Shown: in pieces, positions 16,601-23,780 of the stretch
How positions within the stretch are numbered: the stretch's first letter is position 1
Layout: each line of letters opens with the position of its first letter
Source: Alphaproteobacteria bacterium
GTDB taxonomy: Bacteria > Pseudomonadota > Alphaproteobacteria > Holosporales > JBOFFI01
Reading direction: 5' to 3'
Length of the DNA stretch: 33,813 bases
Assembly: GCA_051657225.1 (NCBI GenBank)
Contig: JBOFKH010000134.1
Coordinates: 1-33,813 of the forward strand
Translations under genes and position numbers: made by a program
Notes under the pieces: generated by a model
Told to the model about the DNA's origin: nothing
Databases searched by the model: none
The model's input: the letters and a program-made list of their open reading frames with translations, nothing else

Positions 16601-16798
16601 TCAGTTGGTTAAATCTGGCTCTCTCAATACAAGGTCAGGAATTACCCTTGCATGGACTCCGTTCAGAATAGAATCCACAGGATCGCGCGACTCAAACTCG
16701 CCACAGTTTCCACAATCGCCAGTTGGATTAACCGTGCATTGAAGATGTGGCGATCGGGCATTGAAGCGACAGTTTACGTTTCCGATGTAATTAGGCAT
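16601..16798 (-). CDS. Small Cys-rich protein
   Basis: 65 aa. 'CRFNARSPHLQCTVNPTGDCGNCGEF' is a motif type common in cyanobacterial small proteins. Its 3' end abuts the IS605 left end. Confidence 0.5.
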   Translation of the reverse strand: MPNYIGNVNCRFNARSPHLQCTVNPTGDCGNCGEFESRDPVDSILNGVHARVIPDLVLREPDLTN

Positions 16799-17033
16799 TA
16801 TTTTTACTCCTGAACAAAATTTTTTTTGTTGTAGCTAGGCAAGCATCTTCAAAGGAGTAATCAAGCTCTATATATGACCTAAACATATTCTCGGCGGCAT
16901 TAATTGAGGTTTTATTTGCCAAAGATGAGTCGAGAGTTGCATGCAGAAGGTCGATCCAAACTTGTTCTGTTCCTTGCCCAGAGTTGATCTTGTCTGTTAA
17001 TTTTTGAATGTCGGGATTGATATTCATAACCAT
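16791..17033 (-). CDS. Hypothetical protein (80 aa)
   Basis: ORF overlapping the next gene by 8 nt. Confidence 0.45.
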   Translation of the reverse strand: MVMNINPDIQKLTDKINSGQGTEQVWIDLLHATLDSSLANKTSINAAENMFRSYIELDYSFEDACLATTKKILFRSKNNA

Positions 17034-17051
17034 TGTTAAAACCTCCAGAAA

Positions 17052-17762
17052 CTACAATTCAGCGCCCCAACTTGTCCATCTATCCCGATCGCGTCTTGCA
17101 AATAACTCAATGCGATCGCCCCCCAATGCATCCCCAATCCGCTCCGCCCGCGCATAGAATTCCTTAGGCTTCACCGAATGCGGCCCCAGAGGAGATGGAA
17201 ACGATGTCGGAATGTCACACAGCCCCATTGCGGTAAAACTTGGAGCTTTTCCCCTGCGACAGACCAGAAAGTGCTCTGTGCAGTTTCGCCCATAATGCCC
17301 CACCCCATACCTGATTTTATCGCCTGCCTTGGTCATCTTTACCCAAGTGTGCAGAGATTTGTACTCAAACCCCCATGCTTTGACCACATCGAAGGCCACA
17401 GGCAGATGGTTGTTTGTTGTCCAGAGCAGCAGATACGCATCTTTTGCCGCGATCGCCTCCACCCCCATATCCATGATCTCCTGGTTACTCATAGGCGGGT
17501 ATGGGCAACGTCCCCGATGAGTGCGATCGCTTTCCCTCAGGTGATAACTCCAGGGTGGATCCGCAACGATCAGCGAGAATTTGCCAGTGGGCAGAGGAGG
17601 GAGGTTGGGGATGATAGAAGAAGCGATCGCAGCTTTGGTTTGGCCGCGATCGTCCTCTGAATGATAGTCAATCAATGGACACCCCTCTAACTCTTTGCCC
17701 AACCATTGGGCGAGGCATTCCGCCAAACCACTCACCTTCCTCGTAGCCTTTCTCTTCAGCAT
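17052..17762 (-). CDS. MT-A70-family N6-adenine DNA methyltransferase
   Basis: 236 aa with the 'LIVADPPWSY' catalytic motif. The start is uncertain (see finding). Confidence 0.8.
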   Translation of the reverse strand: MLKRKATRKVSGLAECLAQWLGKELEGCPLIDYHSEDDRGQTKAAIASSIIPNLPPLPTGKFSLIVADPPWSYHLRESDRTHRGRCPYPPMSNQEIMDMGVEAIAAKDAYLLLWTTNNHLPVAFDVVKAWGFEYKSLHTWVKMTKAGDKIRYGVGHYGRNCTEHFLVCRRGKAPSFTAMGLCDIPTSFPSPLGPHSVKPKEFYARAERIGDALGGDRIELFARRDRDRWTSWGAEL

Positions 17763-17847
17763 CCTCTCGATGCTTAAGGTCTAAGGCCAGAAACTGATGG
17801 CGGATGACATCTGGGACACCATTAACTTGATGAAGAACTTCAGCCAT

Positions 17848-17937
17848 TTAGCGCCCTACCTGCATCGCCCAAATTAACATATAAACCGAGAATGCCCAGA
17901 GGGCAAAACCAAAAGCACCGTACCTTGCAAGATGCAT
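17848..17937 (-). CDS. 29-aa hydrophobic peptide
   Basis: MHLARYGAFGFALWAFSVYMLIWAMQVGR. A GGAGG RBS lies 6 nt upstream of the ATG at 17937. Confidence 0.5.
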   Translation of the reverse strand: MHLARYGAFGFALWAFSVYMLIWAMQVGR

Positions 17938-17950
17938 CGCAAACCTCCAA

Positions 17951-18088
17951 TCAATACGGTTGAACAATACTGTTATCCTGTTCGATACTTCCGCAAGCGA
18001 TCGCGTCTTCGATCGCCATTCCAGCAACAATCAAACAGAATCCAAGCATCAATCCCAGATTGAAATAGCCCAAAAATCTTGAAGTCAT
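17951..18088 (-). CDS. 45-aa single-TM peptide
   Basis: Hand translation: MTSRFLGYFNLGLMLGFCLIVAGMAIEDAIACGSIEQDNSIVQPY. A GAGAGG RBS lies 5 nt upstream. Confidence 0.5.
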   Translation of the reverse strand: MTSRFLGYFNLGLMLGFCLIVAGMAIEDAIACGSIEQDNSIVQPY

Positions 18089-18143
18089 ACAAACCTCTCA
18101 GTTGCTTGATACGATAAATATATATCGTCAGGCGATATATTGT

Positions 18144-18164
18144 CAATGTGTTGCGCAATGTGTT
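18144..18164. promoter_or_regulatory. Direct repeat caatgtgtt-gcg-caatgtgtt in divergent promoter region
   Basis: Read directly. It lies between the peptide/methylase operon and the HTH gene, next to acgata/tatcgt inverted hexamers. Confidence 0.4.
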
Positions 18165-18175
18165 ATAAATTGTTC

Positions 18176-18415
18176 ATGAAAATCGTTAAAGTTGTTGAAG
18201 TCAAAGGGTTGGGCGATCGTATTGCCAATGCTCGTTTTGCCAAATGCCGGGCAGAAGGGGTCACGCTGGAGAGCCTGTTCATCGCGGCTGAAGTGTCCCG
18301 TCCGACTTGGAATCGAGTGGAAAGGGAGGCTGAAAGCGTCCCTTTGGAAACCTTGAAGAGGATTGTCGGTGTTTTGGGGGATAAGAAATTGATTGCCCTG
18401 GTGGACCGACTATAA
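18176..18415 (+). CDS. Small XRE-type HTH regulator
   Basis: 79 aa from 'MKIVKVVEVKGLGDRIANAR'. 'GVTLESLFIAAEVSRPTWNRVE' is HTH-like. Confidence 0.6.
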   Translation: MKIVKVVEVKGLGDRIANARFAKCRAEGVTLESLFIAAEVSRPTWNRVEREAESVPLETLKRIVGVLGDKKLIALVDRL

Positions 18416-18490
18416 GTTTGCGATCGCATCTCTTGCAAACCCTACCAAAAGCGGGTTTCTGGGAATATTTGGGCGATCGCTTTTCTAATG

Positions 18491-18521
18491 AAAAAGGACG
18501 GTATTTCTACCGTCCTTTTTT
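18491..18521. terminator. Bidirectional rho-independent terminator
   Basis: aaaa-aggacggta-tttc-taccgtcct-ttttt, between convergent genes. Confidence 0.8.
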
Positions 18522-18538
18522 CTGCCCGATTGCAAACG

Positions 18539-19654
18539 CTACCAATATCGTAGCGCATTCAATAACTCAGAAATCCATTGATTAGTGGTTGGGTTGTAAG
18601 CTCCAAAGCCTTTATGGGCTTCCCAGTAAGCCCAGCCAATTCCCCGCGCTTCTGCCGCTTTGCGGACATGAGATGTCCATCGACTACGAGCACCGACATT
18701 CCCACAGATTCCATATGTTCCGAACTCACCTTGAAATAGTGGGACTTGGCGCTGATTCGCCCATGTCACCGCCGTATCGAGCTTTGCATTAATCGCGTTC
18801 TTCTCGGCTACGGTTCCCGCCCAGTTTGTACTACAAGGAGGCACCGGAGAGGTCCACGTCGCGCCACGATGACTAAAATCGAACGGATCGTAAAAATGAT
18901 ACGCTACGGCTAGATTCGTATCGTTTGGTAGGGTCAGATTGACCAACTGGTTGATATTTCCCCAGCGCACTGGAGTAGTCATAATCAATCGACTGGGGTT
19001 GGTTTTACGAATCTCCGCGATCGCCTTACTCTGCATCTGATTCCAGAGTCCAGGATTGGCATTAAACTCCCCTTTTGGTTCATTTAAGACCTCAAATATT
19101 AGATCGGATGGCTCATTGCGATATGCAGTAGCAATCTGTTTCCAAATTGCCAAGAAACGCGCCTCTTGCCCCGATGGGTCAGTCATAATCTCTTCGTAGG
19201 CATGGACATTGATGATGACCTTGAACCCACGCTTACGAGCTTCTGAGATCACCCAGTTAATCTTTCCCCAGGTCAGGGTGGGATTGATTGTGTAGGGTGC
19301 AGTCGTCCCGGCATGCTTATCCCAGTCGATTGGCAGGCGAACGGCATTAAACCCTTCTGCTTTATATCGATCGAATACCTCGCGCACTAATGCACCGTCT
19401 TCAGCAAAGGTAGGAGTCTCGAAATAGCTGAAATTGAAGCCTTTGATACCAGCCAAGACTGCTTGATTACGTGCCTTGCGCAGCGATCGCAGTTTCAATC
19501 GTTTGACTGGCTTTTGATTCCGGGGAACCATTGTCCCGCGTGGAGCAATCTCTCGGAAATCGGATTGCGATCGCTTGGGACGAGCATCAGTGGGGAAAGA
19601 AAACCCTCCTATAGCGATTGTGGCAAGGAGGGCAGAAATAAATCGGTTTGACAT
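18539..19654 (-). CDS. Secreted glycoside hydrolase family 5 (cellulase-type)
   Basis: 371 aa with an N-terminal signal-like segment. 'FNAVRLPIDW', 'INVHAYEE', 'FEVLNEP', 'YHFYDPFDFSH' and 'FQGEFG' are GH5 hallmarks. Confidence 0.85.
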   Translation of the reverse strand: MSNRFISALLATIAIGGFSFPTDARPKRSQSDFREIAPRGTMVPRNQKPVKRLKLRSLRKARNQAVLAGIKGFNFSYFETPTFAEDGALVREVFDRYKAEGFNAVRLPIDWDKHAGTTAPYTINPTLTWGKINWVISEARKRGFKVIINVHAYEEIMTDPSGQEARFLAIWKQIATAYRNEPSDLIFEVLNEPKGEFNANPGLWNQMQSKAIAEIRKTNPSRLIMTTPVRWGNINQLVNLTLPNDTNLAVAYHFYDPFDFSHRGATWTSPVPPCSTNWAGTVAEKNAINAKLDTAVTWANQRQVPLFQGEFGTYGICGNVGARSRWTSHVRKAAEARGIGWAYWEAHKGFGAYNPTTNQWISELLNALRYW

Positions 19655-19658
19655 GTTT

Positions 19659-20315
19659 TTACCAAAGAGCAGGGACAGGAACTTGAGGATTCAATAATGA
19701 TTGCGGCGGTGGCGGCGGCGGTTGAATTTGTGGTTGCGGAGCAGGAGTCATCTCAGTTTTTGCAGCCATCATAATATCCTGACAGAACGTCAGGCGAGCA
19801 ATCTCAACACCTTTATGGGCTAATTCTGCGCAATTTTTTGCACGCTCCATTTCGGTCTGAAGCTTTTTCTGCTTCGCATTTTCCTCAGCCGCTTCAGTTA
19901 GCGCCAACACGTAGCGTTTGTGGATTTTACCAACACGACCGCCCAATGGGATGCTGACTGTAGCCGTACCGCCAAACGTCCCATACCCATTAAAATCTGT
20001 ACCACCCCAAGTACTGACGTTAATCGTGGGAACAGGTGCTGCGATCCCTTGGCCAAAACCATAATATGAGTCGTTTTGGTTGTTTACCTGTACGTTCGAC
20101 ATTGTTGAACCGTACTGGGACTGTTGCAGGCTGTTAGACTGCTCAACCGTGCCATTATTAGACAAATCGGTTGAGCTATTTGAATACGATGCCCCTGGTT
20201 GAATGGGTTGTGGAGATTGAATTGGTGTTTCAGGAGGGACAGGTGCAGGAGATGCGATCGCAGCAGTCCCAACAAAAACCGATCCAAATCCAATGGATAA
20301 TAGTGCAAGTCTCAT
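19659..20315 (-). CDS. Secreted low-complexity protein with coiled middle and Pro-rich tail
   Basis: 218 aa. Signal peptide '...GTAAIASP', N/Q/S/G-rich regions, and the C-terminus 'QPPPPPPQSLLNPQVPVPALW'. Confidence 0.6.
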   Translation of the reverse strand: MRLALLSIGFGSVFVGTAAIASPAPVPPETPIQSPQPIQPGASYSNSSTDLSNNGTVEQSNSLQQSQYGSTMSNVQVNNQNDSYYGFGQGIAAPVPTINVSTWGGTDFNGYGTFGGTATVSIPLGGRVGKIHKRYVLALTEAAEENAKQKKLQTEMERAKNCAELAHKGVEIARLTFCQDIMMAAKTEMTPAPQPQIQPPPPPPQSLLNPQVPVPALW

Positions 20316-20381
20316 GATATTTATGTGGATACTAGTTGAAGGAACAAGGGAGGGGGTGGTCGCTCCACCCCCCGACTCTAT

Positions 20382-20807
20382 CTACTGGTTGCCAGCAAAC
20401 AGAGAATAGGTTGTTGTGGTTGTGTTCTGGTCGTATGCAAAGCTGCCAGTCTGGCTGGTTGTTGCACTATAGGTCGATTTATCAACCGTTACATTGCTTC
20501 CCACCGCTACCCATGGGTCTGGATTGGTCGGGTTGTTGGTTGCAAAGCCACCACCGCTGAATTGACCATGGGTATTAACGTTTGCCGAAGCAGTTGCAGA
20601 GGGGCCAAAAGCATCAATTTTCAAGGTCTTGCTGATAGATAGAACTTGACCATTTTCATGCTTGACGTAACTGGAGTTTACCTGACCGTGACCTTTAACG
20701 TGGTCAACAGAAAATTGATTGGTTACAACCGATTGACCAGCGAACGCGGAAGAAGTAGCAGCAGAAAGAGCGATCGCTGCACCAAAAACAATTTGACCTA
20801 CTTTCAT
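20382..20807 (-). CDS. Secreted Thr/Asn/Gly/Ser-rich protein
   Basis: 141 aa from 'MKVGQIVFGAAIALSAATSSAFA'. An AAGGAA RBS lies upstream of the ATG at 20807. Confidence 0.6.
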   Translation of the reverse strand: MKVGQIVFGAAIALSAATSSAFAGQSVVTNQFSVDHVKGHGQVNSSYVKHENGQVLSISKTLKIDAFGPSATASANVNTHGQFSGGGFATNNPTNPDPWVAVGSNVTVDKSTYSATTSQTGSFAYDQNTTTTTYSLFAGNQ

Positions 20808-21013
20808 TTTGAGATTTTCCTTTTTGGATGACATTTGAGTGTTGATTGGACTGCCACCCTTTTTATACCCACAAATCAGTTCTAACCTACCTAAATGCGA
20901 TCGTCAAGAGTATCTACCAAAAAAATAAATTACAAAAATGTATAATTAAGGTGATCAATCCGCCATGTGAGATGGGCATACTAAAAATATCAAGAATTTC
21001 ACCCAAAACAAAT

Positions 21014-21178
21014 ATGATTACTACAATTTGCGTTGCTTACGTTGCGATCGCTTCTGTTTTCTTTGTTGGTTCATTCATTGAACTGGAAGGGAAGGGAGAT
21101 AAAAATAGCCTTTCAAAGGCTACTGGGAATGGGATTCTTTGGCCTGTAATGCTGATAGCAGTCAAGTGCGCCAAATAG
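21014..21178 (+). CDS. Small membrane protein (54 aa)
   Basis: 'MITTICVAYVAIASVFFVGSFI...ILWPVMLIAV' has two hydrophobic segments and is followed by a terminator. Confidence 0.4.
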   Translation: MITTICVAYVAIASVFFVGSFIELEGKGDKNSLSKATGNGILWPVMLIAVKCAK

Positions 21179-21184
21179 TTCCAC

Positions 21185-21220
21185 AAAACCCCCTGGATAT
21201 TAAATCCAGGGGTTTTTGTT
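21185..21220. terminator. Bidirectional rho-independent terminator
   Basis: aaaa-cccctgga-tattaaa-tccagggg-ttttt, between convergent small genes. Confidence 0.8.
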
Positions 21221-21347
21221 ATATTTTTTTAAATCCTTCCTTCCCTTCATCCCCGATCGGGAACAGGACATCCCCGAAGCTTGCCAGAAATGCGATCGCA
21301 CTGATCGGCACTCCCAGCACCCAAAAAGCAACCCAGAATATTGGCAT
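21219..21347 (-). CDS. 42-aa membrane peptide
   Basis: Hand translation: MPIFWVAFWVLGVPISAIAFLASFGDVLFPIGDEGKEGFKKI. AGGAGG RBS. TAATG overlap with the upstream ORF. Confidence 0.55.
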   Translation of the reverse strand: MPIFWVAFWVLGVPISAIAFLASFGDVLFPIGDEGKEGFKKI

Positions 21348-21655
21348 TACGATCGTCCTCCTTTGTCTGGCACAATGATTTCAGAACACTTCATTTCAAC
21401 CCGATCGCCCCTTCGATCAAAGCTCCTAACACAGAAGCAACCTTGCCGGGGACAGGTTTCCTCATCCAGAATAAACTGCTGCTTGGCTTTGTCCTTCAGA
21501 TGGACAAGAGTCCCCATCCCTCCTTTTACCACTTGTTTAGACTTGGGATCTGGCTGAACAGGAGCCGCCTGAGTAAGCAGCGGCGGCGCTACAGTCACCC
21601 CAGTTAATGCGGCACACCCGATCGCCACATTAACGATTTTCCTGACCTTCTTCAC
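21347..21655 (-). CDS. Small secreted protein (102 aa)
   Basis: Signal-like 'MKKVRKIVNVAIGCAALTGVTVA'. Confidence 0.55.
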   Translation of the reverse strand: MKKVRKIVNVAIGCAALTGVTVAPPLLTQAAPVQPDPKSKQVVKGGMGTLVHLKDKAKQQFILDEETCPRQGCFCVRSFDRRGDRVEMKCSEIIVPDKGGRS

Positions 21656-21872
21656 GACTCAACTCCTTCAGAAAAGTTTGGTACACAGCCCGAACCTTGG
21701 GACTGACTTCTTTGTCTATGGTTCGCTCAGCAACTGAGAGCTGTTTTGCAATGGCTTCACAGCGATCGCGTTTCTCACTCCAGTCCTGTCGACTAACAAT
21801 AACGTTGCCAGAATTCAGAAACATAAATGCAGCGCCCCCGCCAATAATCGCCCCTAGCAATAGTTTAAACAT
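21630..21872 (-). CDS. Single-TM small protein (80 aa)
   Basis: Starts 'MFKLLLGAIIGGGAAFMFL' at 21872, overlapping the nblA stop by 8 nt. Confidence 0.5.
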   Translation of the reverse strand: MFKLLLGAIIGGGAAFMFLNSGNVIVSRQDWSEKRDRCEAIAKQLSVAERTIDKEVSPKVRAVYQTFLKELSREEGQENR

Positions 21873-22050
21873 CCTTACAGATCCCCCATTCTTGCTGGAG
21901 CAGGCTTTTGTAGAGCGCTTCTTTGACGACCCATTGTTCAAACATTTTGCCAAGGAACCCGATCGCCTGCTCTCTGCTTAGTCCCTTGATGCTTTCCTTG
22001 AAAGCTCGAACCTGAAACTCTTGCTCCATGGTTAATTGCGTCTCACTCAT
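21865..22050 (-). CDS. nblA: NblA (phycobilisome degradation protein) homolog
   Basis: 61 aa. 'LTMEQEFQVRAFKESIKGLSREQAIGFLGKMFEQWVVKEALYKSLLQQEWG' tracks the NblA consensus ('LSLEQQF..RSF...V..MS..QA..FL..LYEQMVVRE..Y..LL...WG'). A GGGAGG RBS lies 6 nt upstream. Confidence 0.8.
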   Translation of the reverse strand: MSETQLTMEQEFQVRAFKESIKGLSREQAIGFLGKMFEQWVVKEALYKSLLQQEWGICKDV

Positions 22051-22201
22051 CACAAACCTCCCAGCCTGCGAGCATGTACCCTGGATATTTCCGACCTATA
22101 TAACTTTGGAGCTTTGCATCAATAGCTCCGTCATCCTCCATGTCTAGGCCATTTATTTCAACACGATCGCCAATCCCTTTTTCCGCGATCGCCATGACCA
22201 T
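22043..22201 (-). CDS. Hypothetical acidic protein (52 aa; below track cutoff)
   Basis: Hand translation: MVMAIAEKGIGDRVEINGLDMEDDGAIDAKLQSYIGRKYPGYMLAGWEVCDE. TAATG overlap upstream and an 8-nt overlap with nblA. Confidence 0.45.
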   Translation of the reverse strand: MVMAIAEKGIGDRVEINGLDMEDDGAIDAKLQSYIGRKYPGYMLAGWEVCDE

Positions 22202-22440
22202 TACTCTTGACATACTCGCGCACTCCGAATGGATCGAAGCTGCCGGAATAGCGACTTTTCAATATTGCCGATCGCATCTCTAACCACAAAATCTTCTAAA
22301 TCTTCTGGTGATAAGGAATTTAGCTCGGATTGTAGTTCAGCGATCGCACTTAGAGAGGACTGAATTTTCTGAGACACCACTTCCGGCGTATTTTCTTCGT
22401 CCGAGCCGGAAAGTGTCGCCCACATTAATGAAGTGACCAT
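22201..22440 (-). CDS. Hypothetical acidic protein (79 aa)
   Basis: An AGGAGG RBS lies 7 nt upstream of the ATG at 22440. Confidence 0.55.
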   Translation of the reverse strand: MVTSLMWATLSGSDEENTPEVVSQKIQSSLSAIAELQSELNSLSPEDLEDFVVRDAIGNIEKSLFRQLRSIRSARVCQE

Positions 22441-22601
22441 TGCTGACCCTCCTGCGCCATCTGCGCGGCAACACGCTTTCTTTGAATCTGAAGTTGAAGT
22501 CTGTTATTTTGAGCTATGTGTTGCTCAATGATGTCCCTTGCGGTGCGGATACCTACAAGCTCTTCATCCGAAAAATATTCTCTGCCTCGTGGTAAAATCA
22601 T
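22425..22601 (-). CDS. Hypothetical coiled small protein (58 aa; below track cutoff)
   Basis: Hand translation: MILPRGREYFSDEELVGIRTARDIIEQHIAQNNRLQLQIQRKRVAAQMAQEGQQWSLH. It is the first ORF of the micro-operon. Confidence 0.4.
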   Translation of the reverse strand: MILPRGREYFSDEELVGIRTARDIIEQHIAQNNRLQLQIQRKRVAAQMAQEGQQWSLH

Positions 22602-22625
22602 ACTCGTCCCGTGATTAGGTTTCGC

Positions 22626-22662
22626 GGCGATCGCATCATTCTAGAGGTTGGATGCGATCGCC
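22626..22662. promoter_or_regulatory. 12-bp perfect HIP1-containing hairpin in the leader/promoter region
   Basis: ggcgatcgcatc-(13 nt)-gatgcgatcgcc, followed on the plus strand by ttttacttt. Confidence 0.4.
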
Positions 22663-22750
22663 TTTTACTTTGCTCACTATAGCTTTGATTATAGAATTGC
22701 GCAAGTGATATTACAAAATATAGCGCAAATTATATTGATATGATATTGTA

Positions 22751-23020
22751 TTGGTGTCGGGAGATAGGTTTAGCTATGTCAGGTTACAGAAAGCAGGCAT
22801 ATTGGTGGCAGGGCTGCTTCTTGTAGGGGCTGGAGGTTTCATTTTGAAAGACTCCATGGAATGGTTTGCCTATACAGGTGTTCCACTTATGCATGGCGAA
22901 TCGCAGCCAAAGGTAAAAGCGTTCAACCCTGTTCATTTTGCGATCGGGGTAGGTGTATTTGTGGCGGGAGAGGTGTTCGTGTTAAGTACTTTCAATCAAA
23001 AAGAAGAAGATAAAAGATGA
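22751..23020 (+). CDS. Two-TM small membrane protein (holin-like topology; start uncertain, TTG/GTG)
   Basis: 89 aa. 'AGILVAGLLLVGAGGFIL' and 'FAIGVGVFVAGEVFVLSTF' are followed by the charged tail 'NQKEEDKR'. Confidence 0.45.
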   Translation: MVSGDRFSYVRLQKAGILVAGLLLVGAGGFILKDSMEWFAYTGVPLMHGESQPKVKAFNPVHFAIGVGVFVAGEVFVLSTFNQKEEDKR

Positions 23021-23433
23021 TTGCGCGAAAAGCTTTTATTGATTACTCAAAAGGATACCTACTTTTGCTGTGCGCCATGAGTGCTTACCCAGCCGCGTCC
23101 TTCATGTGGCTAGTTCAGCATGGGGATAGTGCGATACAAATCTGGGGTCAAAATATTGATAACCCAAAGCTTGTATGGGATGCAGTGCAAGGGATGAGAG
23201 ATAACCCTTTTAACTCTGAGTATTTTGTAGAATCGGAATTTTTACTATTGAGTTTTGTCGCAACAAATTCAACTCTCTTGGCATTAGGGTTTGAGGTTGT
23301 TGTGGTATTAATTCAACTGCTCTCCGCGATCGCGTTTGGATCGTTGATCGTTTTTGCAGCATTTGTGGATGGAGGAATCAATGCTGCTTTAGGGTGTGTC
23401 TATGATGTTTTCAAAAAGGAGTGCGATCGCTAG
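23017..23433 (+). CDS. Multi-TM membrane protein
   Basis: 138 aa. ATGA overlap with the upstream ORF, and several hydrophobic helices. Confidence 0.55.
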   Translation: MIARKAFIDYSKGYLLLLCAMSAYPAASFMWLVQHGDSAIQIWGQNIDNPKLVWDAVQGMRDNPFNSEYFVESEFLLLSFVATNSTLLALGFEVVVVLIQLLSAIAFGSLIVFAAFVDGGINAALGCVYDVFKKECDR

Positions 23434-23778
23434 ATGTCGAAAGAGACGTTTCAGGATTTAATGGAGCGTGTTAAGTCCAGGGCGAGGGGTAACGTTACCC
23501 CATACGATATCGCTTACGCCATAAGAGATTTTGGCGGAAAGACCCAGGCTTCATCCATTTATACCTGGATGAAAGGGGAGCATCTTCCACGGCTGCATCC
23601 TCGGGATTTTATTGCCCTGCTAAAAGCATTAGAGCTGCCAGTCACAGAAGCGTCGATCCTTCGGCTGACAGAGGCTTGTGAGGAGTCTCAGCGTTTATAC
23701 AAGGAGGGGGTGGAGAAGGCGAGTAAAAAGGCGATCGTGCCCAAAAAACGTGTGCCAAAATCCAGGAGAGGGAATTAA
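23434..23778 (+). CDS. Putative HTH DNA-binding protein with basic tail
   Basis: 114 aa. 'TPYDIAYAIRDFGGKTQASSIYTWMKG' is HTH-like. The C-terminus is 'KKAIVPKKRVPKSRRGN'. Confidence 0.45.
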   Translation: MSKETFQDLMERVKSRARGNVTPYDIAYAIRDFGGKTQASSIYTWMKGEHLPRLHPRDFIALLKALELPVTEASILRLTEACEESQRLYKEGVEKASKKAIVPKKRVPKSRRGN

Positions 23779-23780
23779 CG

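Larger units (their letters stand above)
14830..16610 (-). mobile_element. IS605-type element with divergent tnpA and tnpB (ends approximate)
   Basis: RE hairpin ccccctgtc/gacaggggg (14849-14876) overlaps the tnpB stop. LE-side hairpin atccccc/gggggat (16563-16593) overlaps the tnpA stop. The two start codons are 28 bp apart. Confidence 0.75.

Noticed and set aside
18539-19654. The GH5 enzyme as the phage endolysin.
   Set aside because: The motifs are cellulase-type (GH5), not peptidoglycan hydrolase. It has a signal peptide and lies in a terminator-insulated moron away from the holin-like ORFs. No endolysin was recognised in this window.
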